Source of the DNA: Armatimonadota bacterium
GTDB taxonomy: Bacteria; Armatimonadota; SYMT01
Assembly (NCBI GenBank): GCA_046292385.1
Contig: JBKBRF010000062.1
Coordinates: 1 to 35,307 of the forward strand
Direction: 5' to 3'
DNA length: 35,307 bases
Each line of letters begins with the position of its first letter. The first letter of the stretch is position 1. Shown piece after piece: positions 1 to 9,184 of this stretch. A model generated the notes under the pieces. The model saw nothing but the letters and a program-made list of their open reading frames with translations, had not been told where the DNA came from and ran no database searches. Both the position numbers and the translations under genes were made by a program.

Positions 1-5
1 CCACC

Positions 6-80
6 GCACTCCACAGACTGCACCGGGGCAGTCTCCCTTTCGACGAGAGGGAATCTCTTCCGGGCTAGCCTGTGGAGTGC
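6..80. repeat. REP-like inverted repeat, probably truncated by the window edge
   Basis: gcactccacag (6-16) is the exact reverse complement of ctgtggagtgc (70-80); inner hairpin tccctttc/gagaggga. Confidence 0.5.
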
Positions 81-585
81 GAATGCTTGCTTTCGCGCCC
101 CGCGCCAGCGGGGCACCGGAGCAGCTTCTCGATTTCGTCAACAGTATCTGACCCGGAGCGCAAGCCGGCGTCAGTCACCCATGCCAGCTCCGCGCCGCCC
201 CCGATTCTCGATGCCGGGGGCGTCCGCGTCCCGCCCCCGTCGGAGCGGCCTCTATCAGGAATGTGCGCCGCTCACCGGGCAAACAGCCGTCAGCCCCACA
301 AGCGCTGGGAAACCGGCGAATTGTGTGGCAGCTTTCGCAACCCTGTGCTACAGTGATAAACGAGGGAGCAGCCGTCATTTTGGGTTTGTGACGGCTGCGG
401 CTCTTCCTGTTCTGGCGCGGCCGGGTCGGCCGAGCGGGAGTGGGGAGACCCGTCTCCTGGGAGGGGCGGGCCCGCATCACCTCCCAGAGCGCCGGGTTGC
501 GGCTGGGTCGGCGGCAACCGAGCCAGGGTGCTGGGTCAGCACCCGGTCTAAACGGCGGTGTTTCTCCAGAGGAGAACTCACACTC

Positions 586-2448
586 ATGCAGACCCTGTCC
601 CAGGCGGTTCGCCGCCACTGGCCGCTGGCCCTGCCGGCGGCGTTCCTGCTGGCTCCGGCCCTCTACCTGCCGTCGGCGGTGGAAGGATACCGGAGCGTCA
701 TGATGTATGCGGTGGCGTTCGCGCTCATGGTCGTCCTGCTGGCCCGCGCAAGCTGGTCTCCGCAGGGCGTGAAGCGCTTCTTCACCACCGGTCCCAACCT
801 GGCCCTCGTGCTGTTCGTCGGCTTGGGGGTGCTCTCGTTCGTCGCCACCGCGCCCGCCGCGGGGCTGGCGCGGGAAGTAGCCGTGATGGAGACGCTGCGC
901 CTCGTAAGCGGCGCCGTGGTCTTCTTCGCCGTGCTCTACCGCTTCAGCTCCCGTGAGCAGCTCAAGTGGGTCTCCGTGCTGCTTCCCGCGGCTGCCATCG
1001 TGGCCGCGCTGGCGGGTCTGGCGACCTGGATTGAGATGCCCGCGGGCAAAGAGCTGACCGGCGCCTTCGCCAACAAGCAGCTCTACGGCGGCTTCCTGGC
1101 GGTCCTCCTGCCGATGTGTGTGGTCTTCGCCGCTCAGGGGAAGATGGACGCCCGGCGCATGCTCGCCTCGGTCGCCACCGTGCTGGTGCTCGGCGCGCTG
1201 CTGATGACCGAGAACCGCGCCTCCTGGATCGGCGGTGCCCTCTCTGTGGCGCTCGTGGCGGGGCTGATGCTCCGGCACTCCGGCAACGGAGCGGTGGCGC
1301 TGCAGAAGCATCGCCTGGTGGTCCCGGTGGTGATGGTGATCGCCGCTCTCGGCATCTTCCTCGTTCTGGCCCCCCAGGCGAAGGAGCAGGCCACGGACCG
1401 CGCGACCACCCTGGCCGCGGTGGATCAGGACGGCAGCTGGGCGTGGCGCCTGCGGGAGTGGGGCCGCGGCGTGGAGCTGATCTTCCAGAAGCCGTTGTTC
1501 GGCCACGGCATCGGCTCGTACGCCTACGCGATGGCGGAGAACCATCCGAACCACTCCGGCGCGGCGTGTCTCGCCCACGGCAAGCACAGCTCGATGTCGC
1601 TCAACGCGCACAACGAGATGGTGCAGACCGGTGTCGAGCTCGGCCTCGTCGGCCTGGCGCTCTACCTGGCGTTCCTGGGCGCGTTCTTCCTGCGCGGCTT
1701 CCGGGCGCTGGGCCGGATCCAGAGCGACACCCGCAAGTGGCTGCTGATTGCGGCCATGGGCGCGGTGGCGGCGCAGTTCGTCGACTCCCTCGCCAACCCG
1801 GCGTGGCGCTTCGGCGAAGTGACCCCGGTGCTCTGGCTGGCGCTCGGCCTCGGTATGGCCGCTACCCGCACGCATCGCGAGCGGGGTGAGGAGCCGGCGA
1901 CCGCGCCGGTGGCTCGCCCGCTGCCGCAGCGGATGGGTCGGCTGACCTGGCAGCTCGGCACGGTGGTGGCCGCCGTCGGTATGGCGACGACCGCCTTCGC
2001 AGCCGGTCCCAGCGGCCAGGGCGAGGGTCTCCCGCTCTACTGCTTCGCTTCCATCGAAGTGAAGGAGACCAACATCGTCCTCCGCAGCCGCGGTGAGGCG
2101 AGGAGCCGGGGCGTCGTGGTGAAGCACAACGGCTTCGGCCAGCAAGAGCCGCTCGAGGGCTGTGCCGCCTTCGTGACTGTGGAGCTCAAGTCGTCGCGCC
2201 ACTGGAGTGCCAGCCCGACGAACTTCGTTCTGCAGGAGCCGGGCGACGAGCAGGTGGTGACCTTCACCTTCGACCCGCCGAGCGGCCGGCGCCGCCGGGA
2301 GTTCGACGACCAGGCGAAGCTGATCGTCTCGGGTGAAGATGGCCCGACCGGCCAGGAAGTCACCATCGACCTCGAAGGGATCCGGCGCCCGCGCCGCGGT
2401 CCGTTCCGGCCGCGCAGTAACAACGCGTTCGACATTGTGCCGTTCTAA
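586..2448 (+). CDS. O-antigen ligase (Wzy_C/WaaL) family membrane protein with C-terminal soluble beta-rich domain, 620 aa
   Basis: ATG 586 after AGAGGAG; multiple TM segments; GAFANKQLYGGFL, TENRASWIG, PLFGHGIGSY and AHNEMVQTGVELGLVG motifs typical of the family. Confidence 0.85.
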   Translation: MQTLSQAVRRHWPLALPAAFLLAPALYLPSAVEGYRSVMMYAVAFALMVVLLARASWSPQGVKRFFTTGPNLALVLFVGLGVLSFVATAPAAGLAREVAVMETLRLVSGAVVFFAVLYRFSSREQLKWVSVLLPAAAIVAALAGLATWIEMPAGKELTGAFANKQLYGGFLAVLLPMCVVFAAQGKMDARRMLASVATVLVLGALLMTENRASWIGGALSVALVAGLMLRHSGNGAVALQKHRLVVPVVMVIAALGIFLVLAPQAKEQATDRATTLAAVDQDGSWAWRLREWGRGVELIFQKPLFGHGIGSYAYAMAENHPNHSGAACLAHGKHSSMSLNAHNEMVQTGVELGLVGLALYLAFLGAFFLRGFRALGRIQSDTRKWLLIAAMGAVAAQFVDSLANPAWRFGEVTPVLWLALGLGMAATRTHRERGEEPATAPVARPLPQRMGRLTWQLGTVVAAVGMATTAFAAGPSGQGEGLPLYCFASIEVKETNIVLRSRGEARSRGVVVKHNGFGQQEPLEGCAAFVTVELKSSRHWSASPTNFVLQEPGDEQVVTFTFDPPSGRRRREFDDQAKLIVSGEDGPTGQEVTIDLEGIRRPRRGPFRPRSNNAFDIVPF

Positions 2449-2647
2449 TCGCCCGCCGCACCCCGCCACGCGGCAGGTGCTAAGAGCGATTGGAATCGGT
2501 GCTCAGCCGGCTCATCGGGCTTGATCCGGTGAGCCGGGGAAACCTGGAGGGCAGAGAGCTTACCCACTCTCTGCCCTCTTTTTCGTCCGAGTGCAGCGGG
2601 GGCGCGATTTGTGCGCCCGGCAGCTCCCGCGCTCCCGGGGGCGCGAA

Positions 2648-2656
2648 TGATATAGT
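2648..2656 (+). promoter_or_regulatory. possible extended -10 promoter (TGaTATAGT)
   Basis: AT-rich TGnTATAnT about 45 nt upstream of the phosphatase start in a GC-rich background. Confidence 0.4.
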
Positions 2657-2701
2657 TTTGAGCGGGCCGCCGCCGCGTCTCCCGCAACACCTTCGCCGCC
2701 A

Positions 2702-3475
2702 GTGATCGATACCCACTGCCATATCCTGCCGTTCATCGATGACGGCGCCGCGGACTGGGACGCTTCCCTGGCGATGGCGCGGGCCGCCTCCGCGGACGGC
2801 ATCCAGGCCTGCATCGCCACGCCCCACTGGACCGGTGAGCCGGGCGAGCACGAGCAGGTGGCGGCTCGCCTGGGAGAGCTTCGGGACCGCCTCCGGAGCG
2901 CCCGGATCCCGCTGGAGGTGAGTGCCGGGAACGAAGTGGTGCTGGTACCGCGCCTCATGGACGCGCTCCGGGCCGGCACGGCGAACACGCTTGCGGGCAG
3001 CAACTACCTGCTTCTGGAGACTGCCCAACTGGAGCAGGGGCCGTTCGTCAAGGAAGCGCTGTTCCAGCTCCAGAGCCATGGCTTCCGCGTGATCCTGGCG
3101 CATCCGGAACGGGTCCGCACCTGGCAGAGCCGCTTCGACGAAGTGCGGGAGCTGATTTCCCGCGGCTGCTTCCTGCAAGTAACCGGGGGCAGCCTGCTGG
3201 GAGACTTCGGCGGCGCCGCCCGGCGCGCCGCCGACGAGCTGCTCCGCCGCGGCTGGGTCTCCGTGGTGGCGTCCGACGCCCATTCGCCGAACCATCGCCC
3301 GCAGCTCCTGGCGAAAGCCCGCAGCCGGTGTGTGGAGCTGGTAGGGGAGGGGGCCGCCCGGGCGCTGTTCGAGGAGAATCCGCGTCGCATTCTGGAGAAC
3401 GCGCAGCTCCCGTACCCGGACCCGGATGCCAGGCCGACGCGCCGTGGCTTCCGCTGGCCCTGGAGCCGCGGGTAG
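2702..3475 (+). CDS. CpsB/CapC/YwqE family PHP-type tyrosine-protein phosphatase
   Basis: MIDTHCHILPFIDDG, ATPH, ILAHPER and ASDAH metal-binding motifs. Confidence 0.92.
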   Translation: MIDTHCHILPFIDDGAADWDASLAMARAASADGIQACIATPHWTGEPGEHEQVAARLGELRDRLRSARIPLEVSAGNEVVLVPRLMDALRAGTANTLAGSNYLLLETAQLEQGPFVKEALFQLQSHGFRVILAHPERVRTWQSRFDEVRELISRGCFLQVTGGSLLGDFGGAARRAADELLRRGWVSVVASDAHSPNHRPQLLAKARSRCVELVGEGAARALFEENPRRILENAQLPYPDPDARPTRRGFRWPWSRG

Positions 3476-3510
3476 GCGGGCGCCGCTGGTCGGTGTAGAT
3501 AAGTACTGCC

Positions 3511-4065
3511 GTGCGAAGTGTCGAAACCGCTATCCCGGGGATGCTGATCATCGAGCCGTCGGTCTTCCGGGACCGCCGCGGCTTCTTCGTCGAGAGCTTT
3601 CACGCGCGTAAGTTCGCAGAGCTGGGAATCACCGCCGCCTTCGTGCAGGACAACCACTCCCGCTCCGGCCGGGATACGGTTCGCGGCCTCCACTACCAGC
3701 TCCACTACCCGCAGGCTAAGCTCTGCCGCGTCTCGCGGGGCGAAGTGCTCGATGTGGCGGTCGACATCCGCCGCGGCTCGCCGGCGTTCGGCACGGTCGT
3801 GACCGTCCTCCTTTCGGAGGAGAACCTGCACGAGGTCTTTCTGCCGCGCGGTGTGGCCCACGGGTTCCGCGTGCTGAGCGAGACCGCCGACTTCCACTAC
3901 AAGTGCGACGAGTTCTATCACGCGGAGGACGAGCACGGCATCGCCTGGGACGATCCGGATCTCGCCATTCCGTGGGACGTCTCCTCTCCCCTGCTGTCCG
4001 AGAAAGACCGCCGGCACCCGCGGCTGGCGGAGCTTCCTCCGGAGCTGCTGCCCGCTTTCGCGTGA
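3511..4065 (+). CDS. rfbC: dTDP-4-dehydrorhamnose 3,5-epimerase
   Basis: FRDRRGFFVE, VQDNHSRS, VRGLHYQ, DVAVDIRRGSP, GVAHGF, YKCDEFY and LSEKD motifs. Confidence 0.97.
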   Translation: MRSVETAIPGMLIIEPSVFRDRRGFFVESFHARKFAELGITAAFVQDNHSRSGRDTVRGLHYQLHYPQAKLCRVSRGEVLDVAVDIRRGSPAFGTVVTVLLSEENLHEVFLPRGVAHGFRVLSETADFHYKCDEFYHAEDEHGIAWDDPDLAIPWDVSSPLLSEKDRRHPRLAELPPELLPAFA

Positions 4066-6059
4066 TGTCGCCCTTCGGATCCCCTTCCGCCGGGCGCCGC
4101 CGAGCCGCCCGGGAGTTTGCGCGCGGCCTCGTGAGCTGGCGGGATCGCCTGGCGAATGGGGACGGCTTCGACGAGGCCGCGGCGACCGGACTGGCGCAGG
4201 ACCTCCTGTTCCGGCGATTCCTGTGCGAAGCGGCGCTGGGCGCCTGGACGCCCTGGACCGAGGACGGCATCCCTAGCCGCCTGCCGCCTTCCTTCTTCGA
4301 GGCGTGGGAGACGCTCTGCGCGCGTTTCACCTGGTCGCTCGAGCCCGGAGGCGGCGACGTCGGTCCGGAGATGATCGGGGTCCTGGCGGAGCACTCCGGG
4401 AGCCGCCGCGGCCTCGGCGCCTACTACACGCCCTCCGACGTGACCGGCTACATTTGCGCGGGCGTGCTGGTGCCGTGGCTGCTCCGGGATGAGGTGCTGC
4501 CGCAGGTCGGGGAGATCGAGGCGGCGCTCACCGCGAACCGCCCCGTGGAGCGGCTCCTGCTGGACGCCATCTCCACCGAGCGCGAACCGGAGCGCCTCCT
4601 CGCGCTGGACGAGCGGCTCTCAAACCTGCGCGTCCTCGACCCCACGTGCGGCGCGGGGGCCTTCCTCACCGCCGCACTCGAGCTGGTGGTGCGCCTCCGC
4701 CGCGCCTGTGGGGAGCGCCTGGCTCGGCTCGGCGGGAGCGAGGAGCCGGGGCTGGCTGACCGTGCCGCGCGCGAGGCGCTCTCCCGGGGGCTGTATGGGG
4801 TCGACCTGTCTCCGGCTGCTCTCTCCACCTGCCGGATGCAGCTCCTGCTCCAGGCCCTGCGCTTTCGTGCGCCCGATGCCGATCCCGCGGCGTGGACGAG
4901 CGCGGCGGCGGCGCTGGGGAGGCACCTCCGAAAGGGCGACGCGGTCCGCGGCGCGGGCTGGAAGGAGGTGCCGCGGACCTCGGCGGAGGGGTTCCATTGG
5001 CGCGACCAGTTCTCGCAGGTGGCCTCGGCGGGCGGCTTCGACCTGGTAATCGGAAATCCGCCCTACGTGCGGGCGGCGGAGCCCGGACCCGAAGGCTTCC
5101 GCACGGCCCGCTGCCCGGACCGGTACGCGTGGGTGATGGAGCGGGGAGCCCAACTCCTCGCGCCGAGCGGCCGGCTGGGGATGGTCGTCCCGATCAGCTC
5201 CGTTGCCGGCGACCGGTACCGGCCGCTGGCGGAGCTGCTGCTGGAGCGGGACTGCTGGATCAGCACCTACTCCAACCGCCCGGCGAAGCTGTTCGACGGA
5301 GTGGAGCAGCGCCTGGCGATCTGGCTGGTCGGCCCGGCGCGCGGACCCGCGGACCCGCCGCCGCGCGTCTACACCACGCCGTACCAGCACTGGCGCGAGG
5401 CGGACAGGCCGGAGCTCTTTACGCGCCTCCGCTACGTGGCGGCGTCTTGCTGGAGCCGGACTGGGATGCCGGTGAAGAGCGGTACGCCGGTGGCGGAGCG
5501 GATCTGGACCCGCCTGGCGGCGGAGACCGAGACCCTCGGAGGCTGGGTGCAGCCCCGCGGCGAGCACGCGGTCTGGCTGCACGACGGGCCGACCTACTGG
5601 GTCCGCGCGCTGCCGTTCCCGCCGGACCCGCCGGGCGCCTCCCGAGGCTCCTCGCATTACCACCGGCTGCCGGTCCGGAGCGAGGACGAGGCGCTGGCGC
5701 TGGCGACGGTGCTCTCCAGCACGCTCTTCTACTTCTTCTACAAGCTGGTGAGCAACTGCCGCGATCTCGGCCGCCGGGAATGGAGCGCCTTTCCGTTCCG
5801 GCGCCCTGAATCCGGCGTCGGCGAGCTCGCGGCGCTCGGACGCCAGCTCGCCGAGCGGCTCCGGAACACGGCGGAGGAGTGCACCCGTCGGTACCCGAGC
5901 GGGGTGGTGCGGTATCGTGAGTACTACCCAGCGCGCGCCCGGGAGTCGCTCGCCGCGATAGACGCTGCGCTGGCCCGCCACTACGGACTGTCCGAGGATG
6001 AGGAGCGGTTCCTCCAGGGCTACCGAGGGGAATACCGGGGTGGAGACCGCGATGGATGA
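4065..6059 (+). CDS. N6-adenine DNA methyltransferase, Eco57I/type IIG-like, no evident nuclease domain, 664 aa
   Basis: ATG overlaps the rfbC stop (TGATG); GAYYTP, VLDPTCGAGAFL (SAM binding), YGVDL, FDLVIGNPPY (catalytic); C-terminal TRD-like region. Confidence 0.88.
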   Translation: MSPFGSPSAGRRRAAREFARGLVSWRDRLANGDGFDEAAATGLAQDLLFRRFLCEAALGAWTPWTEDGIPSRLPPSFFEAWETLCARFTWSLEPGGGDVGPEMIGVLAEHSGSRRGLGAYYTPSDVTGYICAGVLVPWLLRDEVLPQVGEIEAALTANRPVERLLLDAISTEREPERLLALDERLSNLRVLDPTCGAGAFLTAALELVVRLRRACGERLARLGGSEEPGLADRAAREALSRGLYGVDLSPAALSTCRMQLLLQALRFRAPDADPAAWTSAAAALGRHLRKGDAVRGAGWKEVPRTSAEGFHWRDQFSQVASAGGFDLVIGNPPYVRAAEPGPEGFRTARCPDRYAWVMERGAQLLAPSGRLGMVVPISSVAGDRYRPLAELLLERDCWISTYSNRPAKLFDGVEQRLAIWLVGPARGPADPPPRVYTTPYQHWREADRPELFTRLRYVAASCWSRTGMPVKSGTPVAERIWTRLAAETETLGGWVQPRGEHAVWLHDGPTYWVRALPFPPDPPGASRGSSHYHRLPVRSEDEALALATVLSSTLFYFFYKLVSNCRDLGRREWSAFPFRRPESGVGELAALGRQLAERLRNTAEECTRRYPSGVVRYREYYPARARESLAAIDAALARHYGLSEDEERFLQGYRGEYRGGDRDG

Positions 6060-6318
6060 AGAGACCCCGCTAACCGGCCCGGCGCTGGTAAAGGAAGTCT
6101 GCCGCCTGATCCGGGAGGCGCGCAGCCAGTGGGACGCCCACAATAACGCGGCGTGCCGGCGGGTACGGGGCCGCGCCCTGCGCCTCTACGGTACCCTGAC
6201 GCCGGAACAGAAGGACCAGGTTCCGCAGGTCCTCCGCGTCTGGCTCCGCTACCGCAGCGAGAAGTACTTCGGCGCCCGGAAGAAGGCAAAGAAGAAGAAG
6301 CCGCGTCCCGGCGCGTGA
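6052..6318 (+). CDS. small basic hypothetical protein, 88 aa
   Basis: GGAG SD; start overlaps the MTase end; ordered WDAHNNAAC...LRVWLRYRSEKYFG core plus Lys-rich tail. Confidence 0.75.
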   Translation: MDEETPLTGPALVKEVCRLIREARSQWDAHNNAACRRVRGRALRLYGTLTPEQKDQVPQVLRVWLRYRSEKYFGARKKAKKKKPRPGA

Positions 6319-6437
6319 ATCCGATGTCCAGGGCTGAGAGTCGATTCGAACAGGCTCGGTCGCCGGCGCAGCCGACCGCAGGACGATGGCTCGTTCCGCA
6401 GCCGGCTGCAGCCAGGCAGTACCGTTCGGATAGCCTC

Positions 6438-6797
6438 CTAAAGGCAGCGACCGCCCAGGGCGTGACGCAGGCGCCGGTTGAGGGCGTAGGCCGAGGCGGC
6501 GGGAGCGACCGGCCGCTCCTCCCCGTCCAGGCTCACCACCGGCACGCGCTCCCACCCCAGGCGCCCCTGGAGCCGGCCGGCCACCCGGCGCATGGCGTCC
6601 CCGTCCCGGGTGAGGAGGATCAGATCGGGCGGGCGATGCGGCGCCTCCAGCTCCGTAGTAGCGGCGGCTACCCGGTAGCCCAGAAGCTCCAGGAGCTGCT
6701 GGGTGCCGGAATCCGGCGCGGGGCCGAGGAGCAGCACCACCGGCACGGCGGTGTGGGCGGTGGTGTCGAACGACAGGCGGGCTTGGATCGCGGCCAT
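6438..6797 (-). CDS. hypothetical protein, degenerate receiver (REC)-like domain
   Basis: AAAGGGGG SD; LLELLGYRV...PPDLILL...VPVVSL pattern resembles a CheY-like fold but the acidic phosphoacceptor is absent. Confidence 0.55.
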   Translation of the reverse strand: MAAIQARLSFDTTAHTAVPVVLLLGPAPDSGTQQLLELLGYRVAAATTELEAPHRPPDLILLTRDGDAMRRVAGRLQGRLGWERVPVVSLDGEERPVAPAASAYALNRRLRHALGGRCL

Positions 6798-7037
6798 GGG
6801 ACCCCCTTTGGAACCACGCGAGATGCCGAAGCCGAACGGTAGGGGAGAGCTACGACTCTATTTCCGCTCCCACCAGTGCTGAAACCATTTTTCTTAAATC
6901 TATCTTGGCGCCCGAACGACAGAAATCCCTGCCCGGATCGAGCTAGCGAGGCGTTCTTTGCCCGAGAGCGGGGTAGTTCAGGCATAATGGAGAGCGGCCC
7001 GCACCCGGGCCCCCGCACGAGAGCAGAGGAGCGACCC

Positions 7038-7247
7038 ATGGAAGGCACCGAACACACCCACGCCGCGGACGCCACGGCGGAATCCGACGAAACCGAAGAA
7101 TACGAGATCAACGTGGACGTGTCCGAGGACAACCTGGTCGTCCTGCACTCGGAGGACTGGGAGCTCTATCTCTCCCCGGCGGAAGCCCGGATGCTGAGCC
7201 AGGCTCTGGAAGAAGCGGCGAGCGAGGCGGAAGGCCCTACCGAGTAG
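7038..7247 (+). CDS. small acidic hypothetical protein, 69 aa
   Basis: GAGGAG SD upstream of ATG 7038; GC3-rich codons; ends LYLSPAEARMLSQALEEAA. Confidence 0.7.
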   Translation: MEGTEHTHAADATAESDETEEYEINVDVSEDNLVVLHSEDWELYLSPAEARMLSQALEEAASEAEGPTE

Positions 7248-7269
7248 GGGAGCTGTCTTCCGAACTTGA

Positions 7270-7577
7270 TTCACCGCAGAGACGCGGAGAGCGCGGAGAG
7301 AACCGGAACCAGAGGGAGGGTCTGCACCGCTTCACCAAGTCGTACAGCGGCTCCGGTCCGAACCTGACTCACCGCGGAGAACGCGGAGAGGCAGAGGGGA
7401 CGCTGAGAGGGGAAGAGTGGGATGGGCCTGTTCCGTCTGACGAACTCCGCACAGCGGCCCCGGAGCGTGTCCTTCTGGTTCCCCCCTCTGCGTCCTTCGC
7501 GTTCTCCGCGGTGAATCCCGTTCCGGTTCGGATCCTGGTTCCGGTTCTCTCCGCAACCTCTGCGTCTCTGCGGTGAA
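7270..7577. repeat. nested inverted repeats (TCACCGCAGAG/CGCGGAGAG family) between convergent genes
   Basis: outer arm 7270-7312 pairs with 7536-7577; inner arm about 7369-7400 pairs with about 7481-7514. Confidence 0.8.
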
Positions 7578-7585
7578 GCAGGTTC

Positions 7586-9067
7586 TCACTCCGGCTTGAC
7601 GCTGCGCTCGCGCCATGCCGCGGCTGCCAGCGCGAGCAGCGCCAGGACGGTCAACCCTGCCAGGATCCCGATCCGCTGCGGTCGGCTGACCAGCGTTAGC
7701 GGCTCCAGCAGGTGCGTGAACTGCACGGCGGTCAACGCCATCCCGAAGGCGGTGAGCCGCGGGATCACTCCGGCCGGGAGCTGCTCCAGCCCGATCAGGA
7801 ATCCGGCCCCGACCGCAAGCCCGGCCACGAAGGAGGCCTGCGGCCGCTCTCCCAGCACCAGCCAGAGCGCCAGCGGGATCGCGGCCGCACCGGCGCCGGC
7901 CAGGAGGGCTCCGCCCAGGGCGCTGCGGCCGGAGTAGCTGCCCGGCCGCCCCGCCAGCACTCCCAGAGCGGCCGGGATCAGCGCTCCGGCGATGAGCGCC
8001 GCGTGCTGGTAGATGTAGTCCGGATTGACCGCGTAGGAGACCGTCTCGTAGAAGACCCGGTAGAGCACCAGAAGCCCGGCGAAGGCGACGGTCCCGCGCA
8101 GCGCTTCTCGCCCGGGGAAGCGCCCCCACGCGTCGAGCGCGAGGGCAACGAACAACCCTGAAAGCGCATACAGCCCCAGGCCGTAGCCGTGCAGCCAGCG
8201 GAAAACGAGCGCCGCGCCGCCCAGCACCAGGAGTGACCCGAGCAGCGCCAGCTCCGGCCGGACTCGCCCCCGCTCCGTCTCGAGGGTGGCGGCGAACAGC
8301 CACGCCGCCAGGGAGAAGATGGCGGTGCCGAGCAGTACCGTCCAGAAGAAGCCGGGGGTGCCATTGAGCCCGAATCCGATCGCCGCGGCGACCACGAGCG
8401 GCCCGGCGGCCAGGAGAGCGAGGAGGAGCCCACCGCCGCGCCCAGGGCCGAACGCCCCCCGGGCGGCGAGGACCAGCGCCGCCGCGCCGGTAAGGAGCGC
8501 GGGGAGCGACTGCCATTCCCGCACGCCGGTCGCGCCGCGGTGCAGGCTCGCGAGGACCGTCGTGGCCGCCAGCAGCGCACCGGCGAGCGCCGCGCCCTCC
8601 GCCGCCGCGGCGAGTGCCTCGTCGCCCTCCCGGTCGAGCAGCAGTCCTCCTCCGACCACGATCCCGGCCGTCACCGCCCCCAGGGCGAACCCGGTCAGCG
8701 CGTCGAGCGGATAGTTGCGGTAGAGCAGCAGCATGGCGGAGACGCCGACCGCGGCCGCGCCCAGATACGCGGCGGCGCCCAGCCAGCCGGCGGCCTCTGC
8801 TGCCGAGCCGCGGAGACGAGCAGAGAGGAGCGTCACCAGCAGCACCGCCGCGCCGCCGGCCGCAAAGCCGGGACCGAGGCTCTGCCCCGGCGACCAGGGT
8901 GGGCGGGTCGGCAGCGTCGCCAGGGCGCCCGCCGCAATCAGCAGCGCGGCGGCTCCGAAGAAGAGTCGACCGCCCCCGGGCAGCGGCGTCCGGGTGCCGC
9001 GGGAGCGGACGGCAGCGTAGGCTGCGGCAAGCGCGCCGAGCGCGAGAGCCAACCAGGAAAGATTCAT
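7586..9067 (-). CDS. polytopic membrane protein of unknown function, 493 aa
   Basis: about 14-15 hydrophobic segments; AGGCGG upstream of ATG; no recognisable motif. Confidence 0.8.
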   Translation of the reverse strand: MNLSWLALALGALAAAYAAVRSRGTRTPLPGGGRLFFGAAALLIAAGALATLPTRPPWSPGQSLGPGFAAGGAAVLLVTLLSARLRGSAAEAAGWLGAAAYLGAAAVGVSAMLLLYRNYPLDALTGFALGAVTAGIVVGGGLLLDREGDEALAAAAEGAALAGALLAATTVLASLHRGATGVREWQSLPALLTGAAALVLAARGAFGPGRGGGLLLALLAAGPLVVAAAIGFGLNGTPGFFWTVLLGTAIFSLAAWLFAATLETERGRVRPELALLGSLLVLGGAALVFRWLHGYGLGLYALSGLFVALALDAWGRFPGREALRGTVAFAGLLVLYRVFYETVSYAVNPDYIYQHAALIAGALIPAALGVLAGRPGSYSGRSALGGALLAGAGAAAIPLALWLVLGERPQASFVAGLAVGAGFLIGLEQLPAGVIPRLTAFGMALTAVQFTHLLEPLTLVSRPQRIGILAGLTVLALLALAAAAWRERSVKPE

Positions 9068-9184
9068 GGACCGCCTGACGGGAGAGTGGAACCGCCTATC
9101 GCACTGAAGCGCCCGGAGCGGATCTGGAGCCGCCAGGCGAGATCCCTCGCGCCCCTCTGGCTGCGAGGGTGGCGCCTGCGGGGT

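Noticed and set aside
181..585. N-terminal extensions in the ORF track (ligase, MTase, dehydrogenase, barstar, CBM9-like, hydrolase, STAS)
   Set aside because: Downstream starts have an SD or stop/start overlap and coincide with domain or signal-peptide starts
175..2469. 764-aa minus-strand ORF and similar long overlapping ORFs throughout the window
   Set aside because: Shadow frames of real genes caused by GC3 bias; Arg/Ala/Pro/His-rich with no motifs
4065..6059. BREX/DISARM or complete restriction-modification defence island
   Set aside because: No partner genes (PglZ, ATPase, helicase, nuclease) in the window
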